Below are positions 9,307 to 19,625 of a stretch of DNA of 64,000 bases, one piece after another. Location of the stretch: the NCBI GenBank assembly GCA_963726745.1, contig CAVSDR010000006.1:96001-160000 (forward strand). The letters run 5' to 3'. The translations under genes were made by a program, and so were the position numbers. Origin of the DNA: an uncultured Verrucomicrobiae bacterium. Lineage in GTDB: Bacteria > Verrucomicrobiota > Verrucomicrobiia > Chthoniobacterales > UBA10450. Within the stretch, counting starts at the first letter, position 1; each line of letters opens with the position of its first letter. Under the pieces are notes generated by a model that ran no database searches, had not been told where the DNA came from, and worked only from the letters and a program-made list of their open reading frames with translations.

Positions 9307-10782
9307 ATGAACACGGCCGAGCCGCAGCAAAAAGTCGCCGGAGGCTTCGCCGGCTTCATCGGCAAATTCACCGTCATGCGCGGGGCGCAACGCGAGCTTT
9401 GGCTCACGTTCCTGATCAAGTTCCTGATCTACACCGCCTACTCGGTGACGAACAAAACGATGGTCCTGTGGCTCTCGCGCGACCTCGGCTTTAACGACCA
9501 GGCGGCCGGCGCGCTCGTCGGCTGGGTTTGGGCGCCCGCGATGACCGTCTTCACCTTGCTGGCTGGCTCGCTGACCGACGCGATCGGACTGCGCCGCACT
9601 TTCTTCCTCGGCGTCGGGATTTGCACGGTCGCGCGCACGGTCATGGTCACCACTTCGGTGCCGTCGATCGCGCTCGCCTGCGGTGTGCTCCCACTGGCGA
9701 TCGGCGAAGCGCTCGGCACGCCGGTCTTGCTCGCGGCCACGCGGCGCTACTCCACCACGCGGCAGCGCTCGATTTCGTTTTCGATCATCTACATGGTGAT
9801 GAACGTCGGCTACATCGCTGCCGGCTGGATCTTCGACTTCGTCCGGCGCGTCGAGTTCCACTTCGATTGGTTCGGTTTCGCGCCGACGACGCACCAGCAA
9901 TTATTTCTCGTTAGTCTGGCCTTCGAGGTCGTGCTCTTCCCGGTGATTTACTTTCTCCGCCGCGGCGCAGAGGCGACCGATGAAGGCGTTCAATTCACGC
10001 CCGAAGCGATCCGGCCGGCGGGCAATTTCTTCCAAAGCATCGGCACGACCGTGCGCGAGAGCGCCGCTGCTACTGGGGCGCTCTTCCGCCGCCTGGTGCA
10101 CCAGCCGGACTTCTACCGCCTGCTCGCCTTCTTTCTCTTCATCGGCTTCCTCAAGGCGATCTTCCTGCAGATGGATTACGTCTTTCCGAAATTCGGCGAT
10201 CGCGAGCTCGGGCTGCACGCGCCGGTGGGCAAGCTCTCGGCGATTAACAGCATTCTCATCATCCTGCTGGTGCCGATCATTGGCGCGCTTACGCAACGCC
10301 AGGCCGCTTATCGCATGGTCATCATCGGCGGGATCATCTGCTCCGCGGGTGTGTTTGTCATGGCCCTGCCGACCGGCTGGTTCCAGCCGCTGGTCGAGAG
10401 CGGAGTCGGCCAATGGCTCGGGCACAGCTACCTCGGCCTCGATGGTCCGATCCATCCGTACTACATCATGACCGCGCTCTATCTCGCAGTCTTCTCGATC
10501 GGCGAAGCCTTTTACTCGCCGCGCGTCTACGAATACGCGGCCGCGATCGCACCGCGCGGGCAGGAAGCTTCCTACGGCGCGCTCGCTTACATCCCTTTCC
10601 TCATCGGCAAGCTCCTCGTCGGCACTTCCGGCTGGATCCTTGCCTGGCTCTGCCCGGCCGCGGGTCAATGCCGCGCCGCCGCCATGTGGCTCATCTTTGC
10701 CCTGGCCGCGTCGGTGGCGCCGATCGGGTTAATCGTTTTCCAGCGATATATCCGCGTCCCGGAAGAAGGCCGCGACGAATAA
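9307..10782 (+). CDS. MFS transporter, POT/peptide-transporter-like
   Basis: About 12 TM segments; [12 protein letters not shown] motif [21 protein letters not shown]. Confidence 0.8.
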   Translation: MNTAEPQQKVAGGFAGFIGKFTVMRGAQRELWLTFLIKFLIYTAYSVTNKTMVLWLSRDLGFNDQAAGALVGWVWAPAMTVFTLLAGSLTDAIGLRRTFFLGVGICTVARTVMVTTSVPSIALACGVLPLAIGEALGTPVLLAATRRYSTTRQRSISFSIIYMVMNVGYIAAGWIFDFVRRVEFHFDWFGFAPTTHQQLFLVSLAFEVVLFPVIYFLRRGAEATDEGVQFTPEAIRPAGNFFQSIGTTVRESAAATGALFRRLVHQPDFYRLLAFFLFIGFLKAIFLQMDYVFPKFGDRELGLHAPVGKLSAINSILIILLVPIIGALTQRQAAYRMVIIGGIICSAGVFVMALPTGWFQPLVESGVGQWLGHSYLGLDGPIHPYYIMTALYLAVFSIGEAFYSPRVYEYAAAIAPRGQEASYGALAYIPFLIGKLLVGTSGWILAWLCPAAGQCRAAAMWLIFALAASVAPIGLIVFQRYIRVPEEGRDE

Positions 10783-10818
10783 CCGAACGACGCGCCGCTG
10801 CGCGCTGTCGAAATACTT

Positions 10819-11373
10819 ATGCTGATCATCCGTTCACGCCGCCGCCACTCCTGGCTGGTGCCGCTCTTCATCGCCGCCTTTGCCCTCGGTAACGCTTTCC
10901 TCCATTCCCACCACGCCATGGCCCAAAAATCCGAGAACCCCAACGAGACCGAGCTCCGCAAGAAGCTCACCCCCGAGCAGTATCACGTGACCAAGGAAAA
11001 CGGCACCGAGCCGCCTTTCCGGAACGAGTATTGGGACAACCACCAGGCCGGGATCTACGTCGATCGCATCAGCGGACAGCCGCTCTTCAGCTCGCTGGAT
11101 AAATTCGAGAGCGGCACCGGCTGGCCCAGTTTCACCAAGCCGCTGGCGAAAGAAAACATCGTCGAGAAAACAGACAGCACTCTCGGAATGTCTCGCACCG
11201 AAGTGCGCAGCAAAGGGGGCGACGCCCACCTCGGCCACCTCTTCCCCGATGGCCCACCGCCGACAGGCATGCGCTATTGCCTGAACTCAGCGGCGCTTCG
11301 CTTCGTCCCGGTGGAGAAGCTCAAGGAAGAAGGCCTGGAGCAGTATCTCCCGCTCTTCGAAGGGAAGAAGTAA
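10819..11373 (+). CDS. msrB: Methionine-R-sulfoxide reductase with signal peptide, Zn-free type
   Basis: [37 protein letters not shown]. Confidence 0.95.
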   Translation: MLIIRSRRRHSWLVPLFIAAFALGNAFLHSHHAMAQKSENPNETELRKKLTPEQYHVTKENGTEPPFRNEYWDNHQAGIYVDRISGQPLFSSLDKFESGTGWPSFTKPLAKENIVEKTDSTLGMSRTEVRSKGGDAHLGHLFPDGPPPTGMRYCLNSAALRFVPVEKLKEEGLEQYLPLFEGKK

Positions 11374-13305
11374 GCAACGCCTGGAAGCGCGGCTCGCTGC
11401 GCAGCGGATCCCATTCCGGCTCCGCCCGCAGCAGGCCCGGCGTGGGGCCATTCGGCAGCCTAACGAGTCGTTCCAGCTCCGCGAGCGCGCGCTCTTTTTC
11501 GCCCACCTGCGCGTAGACTACCGCGAGGTTGGTTGCAAGGATCGGGCCGTCATAGGCATCGCGTTCCACCGGCAGTGCCTCGGTCACTTTCCGCAGTTGC
11601 CGGATGGCCTCCTCCTTCCGCCCGAGCGCAGCCAGCACCAAGCCGAGCATGCTCTGCGGCTTCGGATCCTCGGCGCAACAGGCGATCTGCTCTTCGACCG
11701 CGGCGCATGCGCTTTCTCGAAGGCAACTTCCGCGCCGCGGCCTCATTGCCCAGGCCGCGGGCGACCAGGCCCTCATACCAGGCACGCGGAAACGGATAAC
11801 TGTCGAGCGTCCCCGCCGTACCGCCGACGCCGGGATCGTTGAACTCCTCCTGCGGATGCCGCCGCAATGCCTCCGCCGCGCCGGCAAAATCCCGCTCCAT
11901 CAAGCGCACCCGCAGTTCGACTAACGAGACGCCTCCCCCCGGATCGAAGCTGCGCGGGATCGCTCGCAGCGCGGCCTGGAGCGGCGCGAGATCCCCCGTC
12001 GCGCGCAAGGCCAGCGCGGCCCGCGCGAGCGCGAAGAAATGCGCCTGCGGATTCACCTCCAGGCCCGCTGCCATCGTCCGCGCGGCCTCCTCGATCCGCC
12101 CCGTGAGGGCGTAGCACTCGGCGAGATTCCAGATCACCGAGACGTTTCGCGGATCGAGCTCCCGCGCTTTCTCGAAATGCCCGATCGCCCGCTCCCAATT
12201 TCCCTGCCGCCGGTCGAGCGCGCCGAAGGCGTCCCAAATTTCCGCGTCGTTCGGCACCGCCCGCCGCGCGATCTCCAGCTCGGCGCGAGCCTTCGGGTAA
12301 TCGCGGAAGCCAAAGTAGTGATAATAGGCCAGCGCGGTGTGCGCATCGCCCAGCTCGGGTTCCAACTCCAGCGCCCGCTCCGCCGACGCCTTCGCAAGCG
12401 CCAGCCGTTCGGTCGTCCGGTCGAGCCCAAACCAATAGAGCTCGCCGTGCCAGCGCGACCGCAGGCAATGCGCGAGCGCAAATTGCGGATCGCGCGCGAG
12501 CGCCCGCTCGAGATGACGCAGCGCTTTTTCGCCGTTCTCACGCGGATCGCCCGCGCCGCTCCAGCGAAAGAGATCGCGCGCGCGCAGATAATCTTCGTAG
12601 GCCTCGAGATCGGCGGTCGAGTGGATCCGCAGCCCGGCCCGCTCGCGCGGCGAAAGATTCGCCTGCAGCGCCATCGTGATCCGCTCTGCGAGCTCGCTCT
12701 GGAGCGCGAAAAGGTCGGTTAATTCCCGGTCAAACGAGTCCGCCCAGACGTGCGCGTCGATCGCGGCGTTAATCAACTGCACATTGACCCGCACCCGCTG
12801 CCCCGCGCGCCGCACCGTTCCCTCGAGAATGTGCGCCACGCCCAGTTCGCGGCCGATCTCGCGCAGGTTGCGCGTGCCGCTGCGATACTGGCGCACGGAG
12901 GTGCGGCTGATCACTTTCAAGTCCGCGATTTTCGCCAGCCGCGCGAGGATGTCGTCCTGGATGCCGTCGGCAAAATATTCGTTCTCCTGCTCGTGGCTCA
13001 GGTTTTCGAACGGGAGCACCGCGATGCTTTTCTCGGGGGCCGCTGCCGGTGGCGGCTGCCGGCGCGTCCTCGGTCCGCTTCACTCCTTTGCGCGTGAGGT
13101 CGAAGGCCCATGAAAGAATCAACGCGAGCGGAAAGCCGGCAGCCAGCAGAAGGATCACCAGGCGCACGGTCCAATTCGGAATGTCGAAAAACGGAAAGAC
13201 CTGCGTCGCCACCTGGATCAAGAGCCAGCTGACCACGCAGTAGCCGACCGCCAGGCGGTAGACCTTCCGCCGCTTCAGCTCGGTGAAAAATTGCTGGAGC
13301 TTCAC
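11321..13305 (-). CDS. TolB-like / TPR membrane protein, split by about two frameshifts (near 13030 and 11710)
   Basis: Pieces in three frames: [12 protein letters not shown]...[15 protein letters not shown]...DLKVISRTS plus TPRs; ...[14 protein letters not shown]. Confidence 0.8.
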
Positions 13306-13396
13306 GCGCCTCAGAGATGCAGACGCGTGCGCCGCAAGTCAATCGCGCGCGCGGGCCGTGCCTTGCTCGCCGCGCTGATCAGTGAAATAGGGTGGC

Positions 13397-14335
13397 GTGC
13401 CTTCCGCTACGTCGCCTAACGAGTCCACCAACCGGAGCGCGCTCCTCGCCGGTTTCGCGGCCTTCGGCTTCTGGGGCGTGATCCCGGTCTACTGGAAGCT
13501 GCTCAAAACCGTGAGCGCGCCGGAAATTCTCGCGCATCGCTTCGTTTGGACGACGGCCTTCCTGGTTTTCCTCCTCACCTGGCAAGGCCGCTGGCCGGAG
13601 GTGCGCGCCGCCTTGCGCTCGCGCCGCGCAACCATGTTCTGCATCGCCAGCGGGCTCGCGGTCTCAGGCAACTGGCTCCTCTTCATCTGGGCGGTGAACG
13701 TGAACCGCGTCCTCGAGACCAGCCTGGGTTACTTCATGGCGCCGTTGGTCAACGTTCTCCTGGGCGCGATCTTCCTGCGCGAGCGGCTGACCCGCTGGCA
13801 ACTCGCCTCCGTCCTCCTGGCCACGCTCGGCGTGCTCAATCTCACCTTCGGCTACGGACGATTCCCGTGGATCGCGCTCGGCCTTTGCCTTTCCTGGGGC
13901 GTCTACGGCTTGCTCCGGAAAATGTCCGGCACGGCCGCGATTCCCGGCTTGTTTTTCGAAACCACCATCCTCACTCCCGTGGCGATCGGTTATCTCCTTT
14001 GGCTGCCGGCCACTGGCGCCGGCATCTTCGGCCCGGCGCAGTGGACGCTCTCACTCCTGCTCCTGAGCACTGGCGTGGTCACCGGTCTGCCGCTGGTTTG
14101 GTTCGGCCATGCCGCGCGGCACTTGCGCCTAACGACCATCGGCTTCCTGCAATATCTCGCGCCGACCGGCACTTTCTTCCTCGGCGTCTTTCTCTATCAC
14201 GAGCCGTTCACCCGCGCGCACCTGATCACCTTCGGGCTGATCTGGATCGCGCTGGCTATTTTTACCAGCGAGATGATCCGGCTTTGGCGGGCGCGCCGTC
14301 CGGTGCCCGGTTCCGCGCCGCCGATCGCGGAGTGA
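13397..14335 (+). CDS. rarD: EamA-family transporter RarD
   Basis: WGVIPVYWK, EILAHR, ETSLGYFMAPLVNV, IGFLQYLAPT. Confidence 0.92.
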   Translation: MPSATSPNESTNRSALLAGFAAFGFWGVIPVYWKLLKTVSAPEILAHRFVWTTAFLVFLLTWQGRWPEVRAALRSRRATMFCIASGLAVSGNWLLFIWAVNVNRVLETSLGYFMAPLVNVLLGAIFLRERLTRWQLASVLLATLGVLNLTFGYGRFPWIALGLCLSWGVYGLLRKMSGTAAIPGLFFETTILTPVAIGYLLWLPATGAGIFGPAQWTLSLLLLSTGVVTGLPLVWFGHAARHLRLTTIGFLQYLAPTGTFFLGVFLYHEPFTRAHLITFGLIWIALAIFTSEMIRLWRARRPVPGSAPPIAE

Positions 14336-14344
14336 CGGCCGGCG

Positions 14345-14728
14345 CTATCCCCAGAACGAGTCGTCCGTCCGCGCGCGGACTGTCTTCAGGCGATGCTTTG
14401 CGATCTTGCGGATCAGCGCCACGGGGAGCGGCTGATCGTAAGGGACCTTGAGGAAGTTCTTCGTCGTCTCGTGCTTCGCCAATTCCTCGCGAAACGGGTC
14501 CAGTCCGGACTCCATGGGCGAGAAGCTCAGGTGCGCCTTGTGCGCCGAAAACGCGAAGAGGAAGCGCGGCTCCACAAAGAAGGGCGTGTTCCATTTCATC
14601 GTCTCCTGCGCGTCCGGCGCGATGCTTTTCAAGAGCGCGTAGAGCTCGCGCAACAACGGTCGGCCGGCCGCTGGCGCGGCCTCGATGTATTCGGCGACGG
14701 TTTCGGGGCGCTGGCTTTTTGCCTTCAT
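14345..14728 (-). CDS. DUF1801 / YdhG-like protein
   Basis: TVAEYI...APDAQETMKWNTPFF...PLPVALIRKI. Confidence 0.85.
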   Translation of the reverse strand: MKAKSQRPETVAEYIEAAPAAGRPLLRELYALLKSIAPDAQETMKWNTPFFVEPRFLFAFSAHKAHLSFSPMESGLDPFREELAKHETTKNFLKVPYDQPLPVALIRKIAKHRLKTVRARTDDSFWG

Positions 14729-14940
14729 CTTGTTGGTTCCGTTTTCCCCGCGAAAAGCCGGCGCACAAGGTGGCCTTTCCACATCCAGAGGCCCGAGAGC
14801 ACAATCACTGGCGCGAAGAAAAAGCGCACCAGCGGCGCGTAGTTCGGGATCTCCTCAAACGGGCTGTAGATGTAGCCCAGGATCGGGATGCTGAAGACCA
14901 GATGAATCCAGCGGGTGATCGTGCGTTTCGTTGACCTCAT
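14725..14940 (-). CDS. Small two-TM hypothetical protein
   Basis: RWIHLVFSIPILGYIYSP...SGLWMWK; 4-bp overlaps with both neighbours. Confidence 0.7.
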   Translation of the reverse strand: MRSTKRTITRWIHLVFSIPILGYIYSPFEEIPNYAPLVRFFFAPVIVLSGLWMWKGHLVRRLFAGKTEPTR

Positions 14941-15519
14941 TCATCGTGCAGTCCTTTTCCCTGGAGAATATGCGGCCTCCATTTCGCCACCCGCGCCGTC
15001 CGGGTCTTCGACTGTTTCGCGCCGGCGAAGTGCAAGAGGTAGCCGCGCTGGCGTCCCGGGGTCAAGCTCCCGAACGCCGCCTTGAACTTCGCATTTTTCT
15101 CGAGCTGCTCCGTGAGTTCCGCCGGGACCGCGAACTCCGCGGTCTCCTTGTAGACCACCTCCAGGCCGGCACGCTCCACCTCGGTCGCTTCCGCGAGATA
15201 CGCTTTCACCGCGTTCGCGCGCCGCGCCACCTCCGCCACGCTGCCGAATTTCATCCAGCGCCCCGCCTGCGTATGCTCCCCCGGTTTAGCCAGCAGGCTC
15301 TGCCCGTCGCGCAGCAGCGCGCCCTTGCAGAACATGAGCGCGCAGGCCTCCTTCAAAGTCATCAGGATGGCGACGTTTTTCCCCGCAAGGGTGTAGCACG
15401 GCTTGCCCCACTTCAGCTCCTCGGTCAGCCCGGAGTCGAGCAGGAGCTCGCGCAGTGCTTCCAATTCCGGCTCGCCATTTTTCCGCGCGCCGAAAATAGC
15501 CATCCACCTTCGCGTTCAT
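14937..15519 (-). CDS. YdeI/OmpD-associated protein (frameshift near 15470)
   Basis: MNAKVDGYF..EKW in one frame, then LTEELKWGKPCY...LTPGRQRGY...AKQSKTR...GKGLHD. Confidence 0.88.
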
Positions 15520-15585
15520 TCGTTCGCGTGGTAGCGGATCGGCCCGCGAAAGACAAGTCTGGCGCGCTCCGTAGAGTAAGCCTCC

Positions 15586-16110
15586 ATGCCGAGCGCCGAC
15601 GATTTCCAATACGCTGCCGAAAACACGGAGGTCATCCTCGCGCCCGATGGACAGATTGCGACCTTCGGAACCACGCGTTTTCATTTCTACCTCGTCTCGG
15701 AGTTGATGGACCGGGCGAATGAAGTGCGCGTGCGCGACGGCCAGATCGAGGCGGAGCGTCCGCAGATTCTCGCGCCGGACCATTTCGCGCGGCTCCTGCT
15801 CGAAGGCTTCGGCGAAAAGGCCGAGCGCTACGCCGAGCAACTGCGCGCGCGGCTGCGGAACGTCGCCGTGCTCAAGTATGGCTTTCAGTTTCGCAAAAGC
15901 GGCGTGACCGAAAACACCTACCGCGAACCGCTCGCCACCGTGATCGAGCGCACCAAGCTGCGGGTGCAAAACTCCGGCGAACCAATGCGCGCCGTCATCC
16001 AGGGCGTGGACGACGCCTGGGAAGTTTGCCTGCTCAAGTTCACCCTCGACCTGATCGAGCGCAGCGCCGGCGGCAACGTGCAAGACTTCCGCCGCCGCGG
16101 CCTGCTCTGA
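15586..16110 (+). CDS. Hypothetical protein
   Basis: 174-aa ORF with typical codon usage filling the intergenic gap; no motif recognised. Confidence 0.7.
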   Translation: MPSADDFQYAAENTEVILAPDGQIATFGTTRFHFYLVSELMDRANEVRVRDGQIEAERPQILAPDHFARLLLEGFGEKAERYAEQLRARLRNVAVLKYGFQFRKSGVTENTYREPLATVIERTKLRVQNSGEPMRAVIQGVDDAWEVCLLKFTLDLIERSAGGNVQDFRRRGLL

Positions 16111-16125
16111 TCAACGAAGCGCGCC

Positions 16126-16822
16126 CTACTTCTTCGGGTAGCGCCGGAGCAATTTGAGGAAGCGGATGGTGTCGCGCACCGGGTGGATGCTGCTCACTTC
16201 ATCGGAGTAGACCGTGCTGATCGGGACGGCGCCGATCTTGAAGCCTTGCCGGCTCACGACCAGGAGCATCTCGGTCTCGTAATCGAAGCGCGCCGCGCCT
16301 TCGAGCAAGAGCGGGATGACGGCCGCCGAGAGCAGGCGGAATCCGCATTGCGTATCGGGAATGTCCTGCCCACAGCGCTGGCTAATTTCGTGGCTCATCC
16401 AGCGATTGACCACGCGGCGGACGAAGGGCATCGTCGCGCACGTCGTTCATCCGCGTGCCCACGAGGAGCTGAGCGCCCTTGGCGGTCGCGTCGAGAAAGC
16501 GAGAAATCTCTTCGGGCAAATGCTGGCCGTCGGCATCGAGCATGATCACGTGGGTGAAGCCGCGCTCGAGCCAGTGGCGCAGGCCGGTTTTGACCGCCTC
16601 GCCTTTCCCGAGATTCTGCGGATGCACGATCACTTCCGCGCCGGCTTCCCGGGCGCGCGCGGCGGTGGCATCGCTCGAGCCGTCATCGACCACGAGCACG
16701 TGGTCGAGCTGCGCGAGCGTGCGGCGGACGACTTCGCCGACGTGTTTTTCTTCGCAGTAAGCCGGAATGATCGCGGCGACGGTCGCGCGATTCACCGCGC
16801 TCGCGGCCATCGGATGAGACAT
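16126..16822 (-). CDS. Family 2 glycosyltransferase (DPM synthase-like), frameshift near 16435
   Basis: IIPAYCEE, VVDDGSSD, NLGKGEA, DADGQH; then DTQCGFRL, FDYETEML. Confidence 0.88.
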
Positions 16823-16825
16823 CGG

Positions 16826-17714
16826 CTAACGAACGACCGGATGGAAATCGGCCGCGTGATACGAGCTGCGCACGAGCGGCCCGGAGGCGACGTGGTCGAA
16901 GCCCTTGGCCCGCGCGATTTCGCCGTAGGCGTCGAATTGATCGGGCGTGATGTAGGCGACCACCGGGAGATGCTGCGGCGTCGGCCGGAGATACTGGCCA
17001 AGCGTGAGCACCTGGCAGCCGACCTCGCGCAGGTCGTCCATCGTCTGGAAAAGCTCCGGCTCGGTCTCGCCCAGGCCGAGCATGACGCCGCTTTTGGTGA
17101 CGATTTTAGGCGACAACTTCTTCGCCTTCGCCAGCACCTCGAGCGAGGTGCGATACTTCGCGCGCGACCGGACCACCGGCGTGAGGCGCTCGACCGTCTC
17201 GAGGTTGTGATTGAAGATTTCCGGCGCGGCGTCGGTCACCAGTTGGATGCACCAATCCTGCGCGTGAAAGTCGGGCACGAGCACTTCGATGATGATCGCT
17301 CGGGTCCATCGCGCGGACCGCGCCGATGGTGCGGGCGAAATGCTTCGCGCCGCCGTCCTTCAAGTCATCGCGCGCGACCGCGGTGATGACGACGTGCTTC
17401 AAGCCCATGCGGCGCACGGCCTCGGCCACGCGCTCCGGTTCGTCGGCCTCGAGCGCGAAGGGTTTCGCGGTGCTGACCGCGCAAAAGCCGCAAGCGCGGG
17501 TGCAACGTTCGCCCGCGATCATGACCGTGGCGGTGCCCTGGCTCCAGCATTCCCAGCGGTTCGGGCACTGCGCGCTTTCGCAGACGGTGTGCAGGCGCAG
17601 ATCGGAAATGAGCGCCTTGGTGGAGAAAAATTTCGGGTTCGAAGGCAGCCGCACTTTGATCCAGGGCGGCTTTTGCGCCTGGTGCAGGGCGGGATCGATC
17701 TTCGCGCAGGACAT
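16826..17714 (-). CDS. lipA: Lipoyl synthase, frameshift near 17295
   Basis: CESAQCPNRWEC, CTRACGFC, RDDL; then NHNLETV, GQYLRP, GPLVRSSYHA. Confidence 0.95.
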
Positions 17715-17752
17715 GTGGCTGGAAATTTCCCCGAAATCCGCCTGGTGAAAAC

Positions 17753-18361
17753 CTAAATCTGCCGCCGGCCTGAAAGCGCCTGGTAAAGCGTGAGCTCGTC
17801 GGCTGATTCCAAACCGCCGCCTGCGGGCAAGCCGTGAGCGATCCGGGTGAGCTTGACCGGGAAGCGCTTGAGCAGGTCGACGAGATAGTTCGTGGTCGCC
17901 TCCCCTTCCACGTCGGCCGCGAGCGCGAGGATCACTTCCGCAAACGACTCGCGCTCGAGCCGCGCGACCAGTTCATTGATCCGCAAATCCTCCGGGCCCA
18001 CGTGATCCAGCGGCGAGATCCTGCCGCCTAACGAATGGTAGCGCCCGCGGAAAGCGCTCGTTTTCTCGAGCGGGAGAATGTCGGTCGGCTGCTCGACCAC
18101 GCAAAGGAGGTCGGGGATGCGGATCGGGTCGGTGCAGATCTCGCAGAGCTCGGCTTCCATGGTGAAAAAGCCGCACTGCACGCAGGGCCGCACGCTCGCG
18201 CGCGTCTGCGCGATCGCGGCCGCGATCTCCTCCGGGCGGGCGGTTTTAGCCTGCACCATCCAGAGCGCAATGCGCTCCGCCGAGCGCGGGCCGACGCCGG
18301 GCATCTGGCGCAGGTGGGCGATTAACTCCCGGATCGCGACCGGATACTCGATCTTCCTCAA
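17753..18361 (-). CDS. recR: Recombination mediator RecR
   Basis: PGVGPRSAERIA, CVQC..CEIC, TOPRIM VEGEAT, ADELTL. Confidence 0.95.
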   Translation of the reverse strand: MRKIEYPVAIRELIAHLRQMPGVGPRSAERIALWMVQAKTARPEEIAAAIAQTRASVRPCVQCGFFTMEAELCEICTDPIRIPDLLCVVEQPTDILPLEKTSAFRGRYHSLGGRISPLDHVGPEDLRINELVARLERESFAEVILALAADVEGEATTNYLVDLLKRFPVKLTRIAHGLPAGGGLESADELTLYQALSGRRQI

Positions 18362-18369
18362 GGCGACGG

Positions 18370-19611
18370 CTACGGCGTTTCCACCAGGTTGAGCGCGAGC
18401 GGCTCGAGCCGACGGAGATAAAGCTGCAGCGGCGCGTCTTCCTCGCCCTCCGGGCCGCGCGCTTTCTGGAATTGCGTGTAGGCCTCGGCCCAGCGCTTTT
18501 CCCGATAAAGGACCACGCCCTGCCAGAAGTAGTCGCGCCGCGCGATCTGCTCGGCCGAAGCTTCGCTCGCGAGCATCAGTGGCTCGTAAATTTCATGGCG
18601 CTCGCGCACATCGACCCCGCTCAGGAAATCGATCGGACGCGCGACGACGTTCTTGCTCGCCATTTCAAACGTCCCCGGCCCGATGAGAATGTGCGAGCCG
18701 TAGAAGCGATTCGCGATGCAGAAGCGGCGCGCCAATTCCACCGGCTCGCCGATCGCGAGCAAGGCGCGCCGGCCTTCCTGCGGCACGGGCGCAAACATCA
18801 TCGGCCCGGTGGCAATGCCGACGTGCACGCTGAAACGCCGGAAGGATTCGTCGCGGCCGGTGCGCTGTTTCTCGAACGATTCGAAGAGCTCGAGCGCGTG
18901 GCGCGTGGCCTTCTCGGCGCGCTCGCCATCCTCCGCGGGGAAGCCGAAGAGCGCGACGATGCCTTCGCCGGTGATCGTCTCGATGTAAGCCCCCGCGCGG
19001 AGAAATGACTCGGTCGCGTGGCGGATGAACTTGTCGGTTAATTCCGCGAGCTGCGCCGGACTGCATTCTTCCGCGAGGTCGTGCTTGTTCGCGATGTCGC
19101 AGACGACCGCGGTGACCTCGTGCGCCGCGGCCTCCGGGTTGTAAGCCAATTCGCCGGCCGCGATCGCGCCCACCCGCTCCGAGGAAATGCGACCGTGGAA
19201 AAGCTCCCGCGCCATCCCCGCTTGGCTCCGCCCGCCGAGCGCGACGTAGGCATAGGCCGCGCCGAAGCCGAGGAGCGTGGCCAGGACCGACGGCAATGGC
19301 TGGAAGAACATCTGGAAAAGCAGCCCTACCCAAGCAATCCCGAAAAGCTCGAGGACAAAGAGCACGAGCGGCAGCACCAACCGCTCGCGGCGCGTGCTCC
19401 TGACCACCAGCCAGCAACTGCCTAACGAGAGCAAAACCACGAGAATGTACTGCGCGCTTACGCTCACGACCCGAGCGGGCGCCTGCCCGCCGAGGAGCAG
19501 CTGCATGAAGGCGGTCTCCAACGGCAGGAGCAGACGCGTGGCGTAAAGCGCGATCACGATCGCGCTTACAATCACGCCCAGGACCAGCGCCACGAGGGTG
19601 GTGCGTTTCAT
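18370..19611 (-). CDS. Membrane-anchored class III nucleotide cyclase-like protein with C-terminal TPR (degenerate active site)
   Basis: Four TM segments, then VVCDI, GEGIVALFGFP, VGIATG, IGEPVELARR, YGSHILIG. Confidence 0.75.
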   Translation of the reverse strand: MKRTTLVALVLGVIVSAIVIALYATRLLLPLETAFMQLLLGGQAPARVVSVSAQYILVVLLSLGSCWLVVRSTRRERLVLPLVLFVLELFGIAWVGLLFQMFFQPLPSVLATLLGFGAAYAYVALGGRSQAGMARELFHGRISSERVGAIAAGELAYNPEAAAHEVTAVVCDIANKHDLAEECSPAQLAELTDKFIRHATESFLRAGAYIETITGEGIVALFGFPAEDGERAEKATRHALELFESFEKQRTGRDESFRRFSVHVGIATGPMMFAPVPQEGRRALLAIGEPVELARRFCIANRFYGSHILIGPGTFEMASKNVVARPIDFLSGVDVRERHEIYEPLMLASEASAEQIARRDYFWQGVVLYREKRWAEAYTQFQKARGPEGEEDAPLQLYLRRLEPLALNLVETP

Positions 19612-19625
19612 TCGCAGGATTGCTC

